The notes beneath the pieces were generated by a model that was given only the letters and a program-made list of their open reading frames with translations, did no database searches and had not been told where the DNA came from. A stretch of 64,000 nt of DNA, taken from positions 160,001-224,000 of the IMG/VR virus record IMGVR_UViG_3300001528_000580; one strand, written 5' to 3'. The stretch is from a virus. Taxonomy: Duplodnaviria; Caudoviricetes. The stretch's first letter is position 1; every line of letters begins with the position of its first letter. The position numbers were made by a program, and so were the translations under genes. Positions 1 through 9,860 of the stretch are shown here, piece after piece.

Positions 1-2
1 AA

Positions 3-491
3 TTAGAAGAATCTGATATTATAAAAATAATTAATTTAGCAAAGAGTAACAATGATTTATATTTTGTATATGAAATAGGAAAACTTTTAAAAGATAATGA
101 TACAAAAGCATTACAAGCTGTAACATTTTATTTAAATAAATATGGTAACGAAGATCTTTTAAAGAAATTGATTAAAAGTGGAAACATCAGAAAAGATTTT
201 GCTATTGAAGTAATTGGAGGTTATGAAGAAATAACTTATTTACAAGGTGATGAAGCAGATACATATATTGGTTATTTTGAAGAAGGTAAAAAAGGAAAGT
301 TATTTAGTAGCTTAACTGAATTTGATTATGGTGATGGTGGAGAATGGTTTTTTGAAGATGAAATTAGACCTCGTGGTTATGATTTTTTAAGTAACAGTAA
401 TTATGCAGTTGTATGTAATACAAAATTAGGTGATATTGGTTTTTATAAAGTAATTAAGGGAATCGGATTAAAAGGTAATCCAACTAAATAA
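3..491 (+). CDS. hypothetical protein, 5'-truncated by window edge
   Basis: Frame is open from position 3 to TAA at 489-491; the track start at 168 is internal. Confidence 0.7.
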   Translation, partial: LEESDIIKIINLAKSNNDLYFVYEIGKLLKDNDTKALQAVTFYLNKYGNEDLLKKLIKSGNIRKDFAIEVIGGYEEITYLQGDEADTYIGYFEEGKKGKLFSSLTEFDYGDGGEWFFEDEIRPRGYDFLSNSNYAVVCNTKLGDIGFYKVIKGIGLKGNPTK

Positions 492-499
492 TAAATATA

Positions 500-533
500 A
501 AAAATGGGGAACTTAAAAAGTTCCCCATTTTTT
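500..533. terminator. bidirectional intrinsic terminator
   Basis: ATGGGGAACT-TAAAA-AGTTCCCCAT flanked by A and T runs, between convergent genes. Confidence 0.85.
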
Positions 534-534
534 A

Positions 535-1545
535 TTATTCAATTTCTTCTTTTTTAGGTTTTAGTTTAAATCCTTCTTTACCATCTTTTTTAACGTTAGC
601 TTTAAAGTCAATATTAAAAGTTTTTGCCCAAATTTTAATTTTCTTTTTTAGTTCATCAAGTTCAATTGGTTCAAACATTCCTGCATAACTTTCTAATAAA
701 TCTATATTACTAAAAAATCCATCTCCTTTTAATATTCTTGATTTTAATTTTAACCAATTCTCTAAAAAGTATAAAAAGTCTTCGCCAACTTCTTTTTCTA
801 ATTCTTCATATTTATTTTCTTTAGATGCTTTTATGAAATCAGCAAATAAATCTCTTTTTTTTCTTCCATCGCTAATTAAATCACATTCATAATAATATCC
901 TTGAACATCTCTTATAAAAAATTGTTCTCCTAATCTTAAAGCCTCTATTTTTTCAAATTTAATTCTATTTTTATATTCAACAAAATCAAGACTAACACCT
1001 CTGTCAATTAGTTCTTTGCCTAAATACCACTTTTCTGTATATCTTCCTTTTTCAAGTTCTTCATCTGTAAGAATACCCTTTTCTCTTACAACATGTTCAA
1101 ATAAACTTTGATATTTTTCAATAAATATACCAAATTCTTGCATCTCATTTGCTTTTGCAAAATTTCCGCTACTAATACCATGATACATACAAAATGTTAA
1201 TTGACCTAAATATCTTTCGTCACCTAAACACCAAAGCATAAATCCACAACTATCAATTTCTCCTGTACCTATTGTAACAACATATTCAAATTCTTGTATT
1301 TGTTGCATAAGCAATATTAATGTACTACATGAACCACCTTGACTATTAATCCAAATATGCAATTCTTTATTTTTATCAGCTTCTTTTAGATCAATTAGTA
1401 GATCACTATATATTGAAGCAACTTGATCTGCTGTTTCAAAATCACTACTGAAAATTAGATCATATCTATCATTCATGTCATAAAATTTAATACTTTTATC
1501 GGCATACTTATCTAATAATTTGACTTCATTAATTTCTTCTCTCAT
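535..1545 (-). CDS. ClpP-like (S14) serine protease with C-terminal extension
   Basis: INSQGGS, GEIDSCG (catalytic Ser position) and MYHG motifs; GGAG SD. Confidence 0.8.
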   Translation of the reverse strand: MREEINEVKLLDKYADKSIKFYDMNDRYDLIFSSDFETADQVASIYSDLLIDLKEADKNKELHIWINSQGGSCSTLILLMQQIQEFEYVVTIGTGEIDSCGFMLWCLGDERYLGQLTFCMYHGISSGNFAKANEMQEFGIFIEKYQSLFEHVVREKGILTDEELEKGRYTEKWYLGKELIDRGVSLDFVEYKNRIKFEKIEALRLGEQFFIRDVQGYYYECDLISDGRKKRDLFADFIKASKENKYEELEKEVGEDFLYFLENWLKLKSRILKGDGFFSNIDLLESYAGMFEPIELDELKKKIKIWAKTFNIDFKANVKKDGKEGFKLKPKKEEIE

Positions 1546-1624
1546 ATAGTAGATCTCCTTATCTATAGGAATTGATTTTCCTTTGACAATAGACTATTAT
1601 AAAATTTTGTTTAATGAAATCTTA

Positions 1625-1969
1625 TTAAAAATGATTTTTATTATATGCCATGCTTAAATAACTTTTTTTCATTTTATTAAAATATTCATCTTTATTAATT
1701 GAATCAAAATATTCAACTTTATTTAATAAATGAAAATTATCATTATCTTCAACTTCAATTGGAACATTTCTATTTTTATGTCTAATAAAACATTCCATTT
1801 TATAAACATTAACATATATTCTTTTAGGAACACCACCAATTTTAACCATAAATGGTGTATAAAAAATATGTTGTTTTCTTGTAACTCCAAAACGATCAAC
1901 AAAAAATGCATTTTGATTTAAAATATATGGAGTAATTTTTTTTATTATATTATATTTATTAATTTTCAA
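1625..1969 (-). CDS. hypothetical protein
   Basis: 114-aa ORF abutting the rtcB stop. Confidence 0.55.
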   Translation of the reverse strand: MKINKYNIIKKITPYILNQNAFFVDRFGVTRKQHIFYTPFMVKIGGVPKRIYVNVYKMECFIRHKNRNVPIEVEDNDNFHLLNKVEYFDSINKDEYFNKMKKSYLSMAYNKNHF

Positions 1970-1970
1970 T

Positions 1971-3158
1971 TTATTTTCCCTTAATATTATATACTTCCTT
2001 CATAATATCAACAACATCAACAGTTGGTTCAATAAATTTAATAATCTCATCTTTGTTTTTATAAGCATCAGGAGCTTCATCAAGAGCATAATCAATAGAA
2101 GTTGTAAAAACACCATGTGCTTGCATGTCCTTTTTAACTTCTTCCAAATTAAGTTCTTTCTTGGCTTTTGAACGGCTCATTATTCTTCCTGCACCATGTG
2201 GAGCAGACCAATTGTATTCTTCATTTCCTTTGCCTGTACAAAGAGAAATTCCATCTCTCATATTGAATGGAATAAGAACCTTTTCTCCTTCTTTTGCAGA
2301 AATAGCGCCCTTACGAACAATCATATTGTCCAAATCAATATAATTATGTAAGGTAGTAATATATTCACTATATTCAAATTTTTTATTGTCAGAAAAGTTT
2401 TCACAAAGAAATCTTCCGATTTTATCAAAAAGCAAACGGTGATTTACTTCTGAAAATATTTGACAAGCATTTACACATGTCAGATATCTATCAAAATACT
2501 TAGAATTTTTATCTAAATATTTCAAATCTCTTTCACATCTATCATCACAATATTCTTCCGCTTTATTTTGATAAATATTTGCAACAACCAATCCAAAATT
2601 TCTTGAACCACAATGTAAACTAAGCCAATATTTTCCATCTTTATCTTGATTAATAGCTATGAAATGATTTCCAGATCCAATTGAAAATAATTGATTGATA
2701 ATATCAACTTTCATTTCATATTCTGCTTTTCTATCTTCTGAGATTAATTTTTTTGCATCTTCAAAAGCATTTAATTCACTTTTAAGAATTAAAGATTTTA
2801 AATCTTTTGAAATTCCATCTTTAACATATCCACCTGCTCCAAGTGGAACAGTTTGTCTGATCCATTTGTCAACTTGTGCAAAATCAATATTGTCAATTGT
2901 GTCTAATTTCATTGAACTAATTCTACAACCAATATCAACACCAACAACATTAGGACAAACTCTTGGATTATTTTTATCCAATCTTTGTGTAAATCCAATG
3001 ACTGAACCTTTTCCCTCATGATAATCAGCCATAATCCTAACTGTTGAATTTTCAGTTATTCCAGATGACATAATATGATATAGATGAGCAATAGCAAGTT
3101 CATCTCTCATATCAGTCATTATTTTTGCTACACCATTTTTCCCAATTACTTCAATCAT
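1971..3158 (-). CDS. rtcB: RtcB RNA ligase (3'-P/2',3'-cP to 5'-OH)
   Basis: MADYH, VGVDIGC, GSGNHF, LHCGSR, HN, RKGA, SAPHGAGR and DEAPDAYK motifs. Confidence 0.95.
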   Translation of the reverse strand: MIEVIGKNGVAKIMTDMRDELAIAHLYHIMSSGITENSTVRIMADYHEGKGSVIGFTQRLDKNNPRVCPNVVGVDIGCRISSMKLDTIDNIDFAQVDKWIRQTVPLGAGGYVKDGISKDLKSLILKSELNAFEDAKKLISEDRKAEYEMKVDIINQLFSIGSGNHFIAINQDKDGKYWLSLHCGSRNFGLVVANIYQNKAEEYCDDRCERDLKYLDKNSKYFDRYLTCVNACQIFSEVNHRLLFDKIGRFLCENFSDNKKFEYSEYITTLHNYIDLDNMIVRKGAISAKEGEKVLIPFNMRDGISLCTGKGNEEYNWSAPHGAGRIMSRSKAKKELNLEEVKKDMQAHGVFTTSIDYALDEAPDAYKNKDEIIKFIEPTVDVVDIMKEVYNIKGK

Positions 3159-3652
3159 TCTTCTTCTCCTTCAAATTCAATTCTATAATCTGTTGTCCAA
3201 TTATTTAACATTCCTTGTGAATCTCTATAAATAAATTGTCCAAATCCATTAATAAAACAATCTCTTTGTTTTAAATAACATTTGTTCTCAATATCATAAA
3301 CTCTAAACTTAATCTTTTTATTATTTAATTTTTCTAATTCTTTATTTATTGATTTAATTGATTCATCAATATTTATTCTTTGATCCATTAATTCTTTTTT
3401 CTGTTTATATAATAGTTTTCTACATTCTTTATCTTTAATTATTTCAAATTCTGTCTCATTTATAAAATAACCAATAATTTTGTTTTGATTTATCCATGAA
3501 ATAGAACAAGTACTTTCAATATAATAATTATAATCATAAACTTCCCATTTATGACCATCAACTTCTTCTTCAATTTTAGTAATTACACCATGATATAACT
3601 TATCTCTATGTTTGAATATAACATGATCATTTGGTTTATATTTAGGTTGCAT
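3155..3652 (-). CDS. hypothetical protein (SH3-like N-terminus, YopX-like IKFRVYD segment)
   Basis: ORF overlapping the rtcB start; weak motif resemblance only. Confidence 0.55.
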   Translation of the reverse strand: MQPKYKPNDHVIFKHRDKLYHGVITKIEEEVDGHKWEVYDYNYYIESTCSISWINQNKIIGYFINETEFEIIKDKECRKLLYKQKKELMDQRINIDESIKSINKELEKLNNKKIKFRVYDIENKCYLKQRDCFINGFGQFIYRDSQGMLNNWTTDYRIEFEGEEE

Positions 3653-3664
3653 AATATCATTCCT

Positions 3665-4210
3665 TTAATTTATGGATTCTATAATTTTATTGATCATATT
3701 ATAAAATCGTTTGTTTTTTATATTATAAGCATAATAATATGGAAATTTAACATGTATCTTATTATATTCTATATATAATGTTTGAAATGGTTTAGTATAA
3801 GATTGATAATATAAAAATGGATAGCTTTCTTTATCAATATAACAATCAAAACCATTTGATTTTAAAATATCTATAAGATGTTTAATTGATTTGATTTCTA
3901 TCTTATCAATAATCATTGCAATGTATTTTAAAATATCTATATATTTAGAATACATATCACAATAATTTTCGGAAATTTTATATAATCTAAATGGAGAGCT
4001 ACTCATAACAAAGTCATCAAATTTAAACAAATTACTATTTATGCAGAGAAAATCTCCTAATTTATTATTTGATAATTCATATCTATTTGTATCATTTTTA
4101 TTACGAAAAAAGTATTTTCCTTTATATTCAAGATATTCAGGATTTATTTTAAAAAATAGATCGTTAAATTGTTCTATATTAATAATATTTGTTATTTCCA
4201 TTATAGACAA
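3665..4210 (-). CDS. hypothetical protein
   Basis: 181-aa ORF in operon. Confidence 0.65.
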   Translation of the reverse strand: MSIMEITNIINIEQFNDLFFKINPEYLEYKGKYFFRNKNDTNRYELSNNKLGDFLCINSNLFKFDDFVMSSSPFRLYKISENYCDMYSKYIDILKYIAMIIDKIEIKSIKHLIDILKSNGFDCYIDKESYPFLYYQSYTKPFQTLYIEYNKIHVKFPYYYAYNIKNKRFYNMINKIIESIN

Positions 4211-4536
4211 ATCTCTCTTTCTATTTCTTTTTTGTATTTTTCATACTCTTTATCATGTGTTATAATATCATTATCTTCTAAAAACTTATTATTGATAGAA
4301 TCAAAATAAATATCTACACTATAATTACAAGACTCACATTGGTATTCTACACAAGAGTCTAAATAATCTGGTTCAATTCTTTTAAATCTTTTTCCACATT
4401 TAGAACAAAAACCATTATTAAATTTTATTGTTTGTTTTCTCTTTTCAATTGAATTTATTTGAAACAAGGTTAATAACTCACTTATAATGTAAGAAACAAT
4501 AATTAAAGAAATGGCAAATCCAATCATGTTAATCAT
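4201..4536 (-). CDS. membrane-anchored Zn-ribbon protein
   Basis: N-terminal TM segment, CSKC...CESC. Confidence 0.65.
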   Translation of the reverse strand: MINMIGFAISLIIVSYIISELLTLFQINSIEKRKQTIKFNNGFCSKCGKRFKRIEPDYLDSCVEYQCESCNYSVDIYFDSINNKFLEDNDIITHDKEYEKYKKEIEREICL

Positions 4537-4693
4537 CCTTGTATAATTTTTTTAATTTTATTTTTGCATTCTTCTTCAAATACCCATCAAAATATATAGC
4601 ACCACATCTATTGTAAAATCCAGAATTATATTTGCTCTTTTCATAATATATAAAAAACACTATGAAAAGAGCTATTGAAATAATTAAAAACAT
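4529..4693 (-). CDS. small membrane protein, short paralogue of 4201-4536 (not in ORF track)
   Basis: MFLIISIALFIVFFIYYEKSKYNSGFYNRCGAIYFDGYLKK..., 54 aa; AAGGA SD; shares TM-K(Y/F)NxGF-CG-IYFD with its neighbour. Confidence 0.6.
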   Translation of the reverse strand: MFLIISIALFIVFFIYYEKSKYNSGFYNRCGAIYFDGYLKKNAKIKLKKLYKDD

Positions 4694-4702
4694 AAATTCC
4701 TT

Positions 4703-5770
4703 TTATTTTTCTGCTAAAAGGTATTTGTTGTTAATACATTTAAAACTATTTCTACCATCAATACTTTTAAATACACAACCTTCTTTTCTATTACCTCTTT
4801 CAGTTTTACCATCAACAAATTTTAACATCTTTTCTAATGTATCAAGTTCATTAAAAACATCCATACTTGGATTAATAACTCTTACATGTTTCAAACCATA
4901 TTTTTTACAAATTTCATAGCGTTCATTTGGTGTAAAATACCTACGGTTATTAATGTCGAAAATATTGAATACAAAGAAATCATGTTCAGTGTAACGATCT
5001 CTATTTCCATTTATTCCAGGACCAACAAGTTCACCTTGAAAAGCGATTTCTTCACCATAGAATTTCATTTTTTCTGGTAATTCGTATTTATGAGCAACCG
5101 ACCAATAAATATTTTTATCTTTATCATAGTATTCTGTTTGTCTATTACAAACACCAACTGGATCATCTGGTCTATTTACAATAGAATGAAAACATGTCAT
5201 TGAAGCCCCATCATATTTATCAGTAACTTCCCACAATGTTCCTTTAAGTTCAGTGAAGAAATGAGCAAAATTTTGAATACGTTCTTCATCTGTTTTATTT
5301 ACAAATGAAGGAAATGATGCTTTAAATTCACCGTCAAGAGTTATTTTTCCAGTAATTTTATCCCATTCGAGAGCAACATCATCAAAATGTTTAACTCTCA
5401 AAATATTAGTTACATCATCGTCAATATTAAAATCTTTAAGTTCTGGGAACAATGCAATTGGAAGAATCAACCCTTGTGAAATAACTCCACGAAGGTTAAT
5501 TGTTCTAATTCTAATTGTTTCAAAAACATTTTTTTCTCCAATTGTCCAAGCACGTTTGCAACGCTCTTTAAGAAATTCATAGCGTTTGTCTTCAATAGGA
5601 AGCGCAGAATCAATTTCAAAGTAAACGGCAATATCATCCTTTTTAAAATTATCATTGATATGACAAACTACTTCCCAACCTTTACCACACATAGTGACTT
5701 TGACAAGAAAATCTGAATCTTTAATTTTTTCAACATTATTAATTTTCACAATACTGGCTAATTTTCTCAT
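4703..5770 (-). CDS. ATP-dependent RNA ligase, DRB0094/Rnl5 family
   Basis: N-terminal MRKLASI...YFEIDS...LRGVISQGL domain; KTDEERIQN; motif I KYDG; QGELVGPGI; EGCVFK; FKCIN. Confidence 0.9.
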   Translation of the reverse strand: MRKLASIVKINNVEKIKDSDFLVKVTMCGKGWEVVCHINDNFKKDDIAVYFEIDSALPIEDKRYEFLKERCKRAWTIGEKNVFETIRIRTINLRGVISQGLILPIALFPELKDFNIDDDVTNILRVKHFDDVALEWDKITGKITLDGEFKASFPSFVNKTDEERIQNFAHFFTELKGTLWEVTDKYDGASMTCFHSIVNRPDDPVGVCNRQTEYYDKDKNIYWSVAHKYELPEKMKFYGEEIAFQGELVGPGINGNRDRYTEHDFFVFNIFDINNRRYFTPNERYEICKKYGLKHVRVINPSMDVFNELDTLEKMLKFVDGKTERGNRKEGCVFKSIDGRNSFKCINNKYLLAEK

Positions 5771-5771
5771 T

Positions 5772-7046
5772 TTACCACTTCCTTATTTTGACATATCCAT
5801 TTTTGACACTTGTACTTTTTTGATTGTCATTATTTGATTTAATAGTTTTTTTCTTTTTAACTTTTGGTTTTACATAATAACATCCATTAGTTTGATAATA
5901 TTTTGGTTTAATATTATTTAAAACTGAACATGCAATTATTTGAACCAAAGAGAAAATAATAAATATAACAAATGCTATAACATAGTATCTTGGTTCTGTT
6001 GATTGTCTAATATAATCAAAGTCCTTAAATGATTTACGTTCCCAATTATTCATAATATTATCCATATAAATGTTTTTTATTTTTGTCGAATCAAACTGTT
6101 TACTCAATATAACTCCATCTTCAATAAGCCCATGAAGTTTTGTGTTGTCCAACCAACTTTGAACTTTACACCATTTTATGTTTTTATATTTATCTACACC
6201 AATAAAAACAACTAATTCATTTTTATTTAATCCTTTCCAAGAATTAATTATATCTCCAATAACATTGATATCTCTATCTTCAATTAATACAGTTATAATA
6301 TGAATTTCTTTTCTATAACCATAATAGGCATTCACCTTATTTAAAAGTGCAATGTCATTATTTGACACACTTGTACCAAATGTTATTATTGAATCAGCAT
6401 TATTTAATTCTACTGGATGTTTGCCAAAATCCTCATATGTTGATGAATATTTGAATACAGAGTTAGATTTTCTAACTTTATTTTTATATCTACTTATAAT
6501 TGGAAAATGATAAATATCTTCAAATTTATTATTCCAACTAGCTTCAAAACATCTTCCATCAATTTTTTGGTCACACCATTTTGCCGTTCCAAACTTAGTA
6601 GATATATGTTTTTCATTATCCCAAATACCAGACCAATAGTTATATTCATTTTCAGATATTATTCTTTGCTCTCCTGTTTCAAGTATGGCATAATAAAATG
6701 GCCCATGATAATCTGTTCTTGTTCTTGTTTCTGTTCTATATTTAGCATTTCCCTTTCTATCTGAACCTGCATATACTTGAACTGTATAAGTTACTTTTTC
6801 ACTCCATTTTTCTTGATGCTGAACATTTGTTACCTTATAATTTAACACTTCTTTGAAATAAAAAGATGACTCAGAAAAAAACCATGTTGTTACTAATGAC
6901 AATATAAAAATACCGAATATAGTAGACAAAGTTTTAATTTTTTCTTCAACATTTATATCATTATTCAAATACTTAAAGAACATGAACAATGTTCCAACAA
7001 GGAATAATGAGAATAATGCAATTAAAAAGTAAACAAATGTTGGCAT
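5772..7046 (-). CDS. multi-pass membrane protein
   Basis: Two N-terminal and one C-terminal hydrophobic segments; WKGLNKNELVV motif. Confidence 0.7.
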   Translation of the reverse strand: MPTFVYFLIALFSLFLVGTLFMFFKYLNNDINVEEKIKTLSTIFGIFILSLVTTWFFSESSFYFKEVLNYKVTNVQHQEKWSEKVTYTVQVYAGSDRKGNAKYRTETRTRTDYHGPFYYAILETGEQRIISENEYNYWSGIWDNEKHISTKFGTAKWCDQKIDGRCFEASWNNKFEDIYHFPIISRYKNKVRKSNSVFKYSSTYEDFGKHPVELNNADSIITFGTSVSNNDIALLNKVNAYYGYRKEIHIITVLIEDRDINVIGDIINSWKGLNKNELVVFIGVDKYKNIKWCKVQSWLDNTKLHGLIEDGVILSKQFDSTKIKNIYMDNIMNNWERKSFKDFDYIRQSTEPRYYVIAFVIFIIFSLVQIIACSVLNNIKPKYYQTNGCYYVKPKVKKKKTIKSNNDNQKSTSVKNGYVKIRKW

Positions 7047-7056
7047 AACATACCTT

Positions 7057-7614
7057 TTATTTCAAAAGATTATCATCAAGAGTACCTGTTTTAACAGCCT
7101 CTTGAACAGCACTAGAAGTAATCATAATTGGTTCTGGACATTCATTCACTTTATCTCCAACGATCCAACGATATGGAACTTTAGAGCAAAATGTATTATG
7201 TTCTCTCCAAATATCAACCAATGTATCTTGACTACGTTTATATTCTGATAATTTACCTTCAATTGTATTAGACATTTTCATATACATATCCGATGTAATA
7301 CCAAGTTTCTCTGATTCATTTACTACCTTTGCAGACAATAATGAACCATTTCCACCTGATCTTCCTTTACTCTGTTCCTGAACTACAAGAACAAAATTTT
7401 TTGCAAAATCATCAGTGACTTTATATTCATTTTTCAAGGTTTTAATCATGTTATCCATAGTGGTTTCTCTAATTTTATATTGAGATTGATATCTTTTTCT
7501 AAGAGAAACTTCTTGATTAATAACTCCAAATGTCCAGAATGTTGAAATTATTCCTAAAATAACAACAATTCCAACAATTGTTGCACAACTAATCAAGCAT
7601 ACTTTTTTATTCAT
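7057..7614 (-). CDS. membrane-anchored helical protein (LemA-like layout)
   Basis: N-terminal TM then helical domain; GGAG SD. Confidence 0.6.
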   Translation of the reverse strand: MNKKVCLISCATIVGIVVILGIISTFWTFGVINQEVSLRKRYQSQYKIRETTMDNMIKTLKNEYKVTDDFAKNFVLVVQEQSKGRSGGNGSLLSAKVVNESEKLGITSDMYMKMSNTIEGKLSEYKRSQDTLVDIWREHNTFCSKVPYRWIVGDKVNECPEPIMITSSAVQEAVKTGTLDDNLLK

Positions 7615-7652
7615 CTTAAACTCCTTTGTTTAATTATTGATCAAGTTATTAT

Positions 7653-7808
7653 TTATTTTCTAAACGTTAGATATATGAGCATCCCTATAGTTATAGGGAA
7701 AAACAATGATAATATAACAATAAAAATGTAATCACTGATTTTTTTAGGTTTATAACAATATGACCAGATTAAAAAGCATATTACAGCAATTGAAAAATAC
7801 CACAGCAT
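7653..7808 (-). CDS. small two-TM membrane protein
   Basis: Start moved to MLWYF, which follows an AAGGA SD. Confidence 0.55.
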   Translation of the reverse strand: MLWYFSIAVICFLIWSYCYKPKKISDYIFIVILSLFFPITIGMLIYLTFRK

Positions 7809-7878
7809 TAAAATTATTCCTTTATAATTTTCTGTTTCATATAAGTAATATAACACAAAAAAAAGAAAAAACAAGTCC

Positions 7879-8238
7879 TTATTTCAAATTTTTTATACTT
7901 TCTTGTAGGTGAAAATATGAATCTTCAAAAATAGCTATCATTTTTTTATACTCTTCTTCTGTATGATTTACACTATTAAATTCTTTTGCTTGAATAGAAT
8001 AAGATAATATGACATCTCCGACCTTATTACATAGTCGTTGATTATATATACAAGTTGCACATGGCATACTTAATATATTTTTGAAATTTTCTTTTCCCTT
8101 TTCTATTTCGATATTTGCACGATCAACCGCTTTTTCATATCCAACATAATACATTACACCGCCAAATAAGAAAAAAAGTGTTACAGTGATCAATGTTACT
8201 ATACCAAGTAACACGTAAGAAAAATACATCTTAAACAT
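7879..8238 (-). CDS. membrane-anchored hypothetical protein
   Basis: N-terminal TM segment. Confidence 0.6.
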   Translation of the reverse strand: MFKMYFSYVLLGIVTLITVTLFFLFGGVMYYVGYEKAVDRANIEIEKGKENFKNILSMPCATCIYNQRLCNKVGDVILSYSIQAKEFNSVNHTEEEYKKMIAIFEDSYFHLQESIKNLK

Positions 8239-8318
8239 TTTTAAATTCCTGTGGTTGTTTGCCTTGATAAAGGACTTCTATAGATGAATAAATATAAAAA
8301 TAAATTATATGATATGTT

Positions 8319-8762
8319 TTATTCAGATGGTGTTGGATCTACAATTTCTTGGATTTGATCTTTTGTTGATTTATCATTTTCTTGATGATCATTTTCATTA
8401 TATTTATCTAACAATAGATTTGTTTCGTTTAATGTTTCTACAACGCTTTCTAACATTTTTTGATATTCTTCTGGTGTTCTTTCCTCTTTTAAAAATTTCA
8501 TTATTCGCACATTAAGATTACTTAATGAAATTCCTGTATTTTTGATAATATAATTATGAAGTAATATACATTCACTTGAAACTTTATGTCTTATTAAACG
8601 TTGTCTATTGTTATAATTATTTTGTTCAATAATTAATTGTTTATCTTTATTGTATGTTATATGAAAAACTCTACGTGTTAATGTTAATTCAACAATAAGT
8701 ATTGACAAAAACAATATACCTATTGCAATATAAGCTAATTTCTTTTTATCTTTCAGAAACAT
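8319..8762 (-). CDS. membrane-anchored hypothetical protein
   Basis: N-terminal TM segment. Confidence 0.6.
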   Translation of the reverse strand: MFLKDKKKLAYIAIGILFLSILIVELTLTRRVFHITYNKDKQLIIEQNNYNNRQRLIRHKVSSECILLHNYIIKNTGISLSNLNVRIMKFLKEERTPEEYQKMLESVVETLNETNLLLDKYNENDHQENDKSTKDQIQEIVDPTPSE

Positions 8763-8879
8763 TTACATTAACCCTATATTTTTTGAATTAAACATTTTTA
8801 TATACAATTAGATGGATTTTTTATTTTTATTATAAAAATCCATCTCCTCACAATGAAAATATATTAAATTTTTTGTTAA

Positions 8880-9830
8880 TTAACAAACTTCACAATATTT
8901 GCAACATGTTACAAGAACATTATTATAATCTGAACTTAATACTTCTTTTTTAAATTCTTCAATTACCTCTTTTGAAATTTTTGCTACTCTCATTGCTTCA
9001 CAACATTTTCCAATTAAAGAAAATGCATTTCCATCTGTACCAACAAGTTTTACTTTTGGTTTTTTATTACTAATTTTTTTGTCGTTCCAATCATAAACTT
9101 TTGACATTGAACATTCATTATTAATAATATCGTTACACAAAGAGTTAATTAATTTTTCCCATTCATTTGATAATTCATAAAAGGCATTGTCAATAGTACC
9201 ATCACCAGTGAATGAAAAATCATTATAATATCCTTTTCCTGAACATTCAGAACATTGTTCATCATCTTCTTCATTGATAAAATATCCCATTCCATTGCAT
9301 TCTGGACATTCTTCTTTTTCACCATCTACATCAACATATCCACAACCATCACAATTACTGCAATTTTCTTCTGTTTGTTCTCCTGAAAAATAACCAATTC
9401 CATCACAATTATCACACGATTCATGATCAATATGACTTGCAAAATAATTCATAATATTATCAAATTTAATTGTAATTTCATTTTTTTCAAAATATTTTTT
9501 AAACAAACTATGCATTTCTTCAAAAAGATCAATATTATCTGACTTTTTTGAAAAAAATCCCTTACCAATAGTTTCAAACGATGCATATCCATTATCAAAA
9601 TATTGTTGATGTCCACCGTTATTAACTTGATAAGTATAATTCATAAGGTTAATAATTAAGAAAATTCTTTCATCAAGTTCAAGAAGATAATTATAACATT
9701 CTTCTGTTTCCATATCTTCAGAAAATAATTTTCTTGTTTCATGAATGATCGCAGAAATTTTATCGTTTTCTTTAAATTCTTTTGAGTTAATAATATTATT
9801 GATAAAAACATTCCGTTCAAAATTAATCAT
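8880..9830 (-). CDS. DUF4375/DMP19-like protein with DnaJ-type zinc finger
   Basis: YQVNNGGHQQYFDNG motif; four CxxCxGxG repeats; C-terminal VKLVGTDGNAF domain. Confidence 0.65.
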   Translation of the reverse strand: MINFERNVFINNIINSKEFKENDKISAIIHETRKLFSEDMETEECYNYLLELDERIFLIINLMNYTYQVNNGGHQQYFDNGYASFETIGKGFFSKKSDNIDLFEEMHSLFKKYFEKNEITIKFDNIMNYFASHIDHESCDNCDGIGYFSGEQTEENCSNCDGCGYVDVDGEKEECPECNGMGYFINEEDDEQCSECSGKGYYNDFSFTGDGTIDNAFYELSNEWEKLINSLCNDIINNECSMSKVYDWNDKKISNKKPKVKLVGTDGNAFSLIGKCCEAMRVAKISKEVIEEFKKEVLSSDYNNVLVTCCKYCEVC

Positions 9831-9860
9831 GATTTTATTCCTTATATAATTAGATCGTTA

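Noticed and set aside
2125-3021. Antisense and alternate-frame short ORFs (e.g. 2125, 2695, 4662, 6507, 13614, 14282, 54198, 56214, 62753)
   Set aside because: Nested in or opposite well-supported genes, with no SD or motifs
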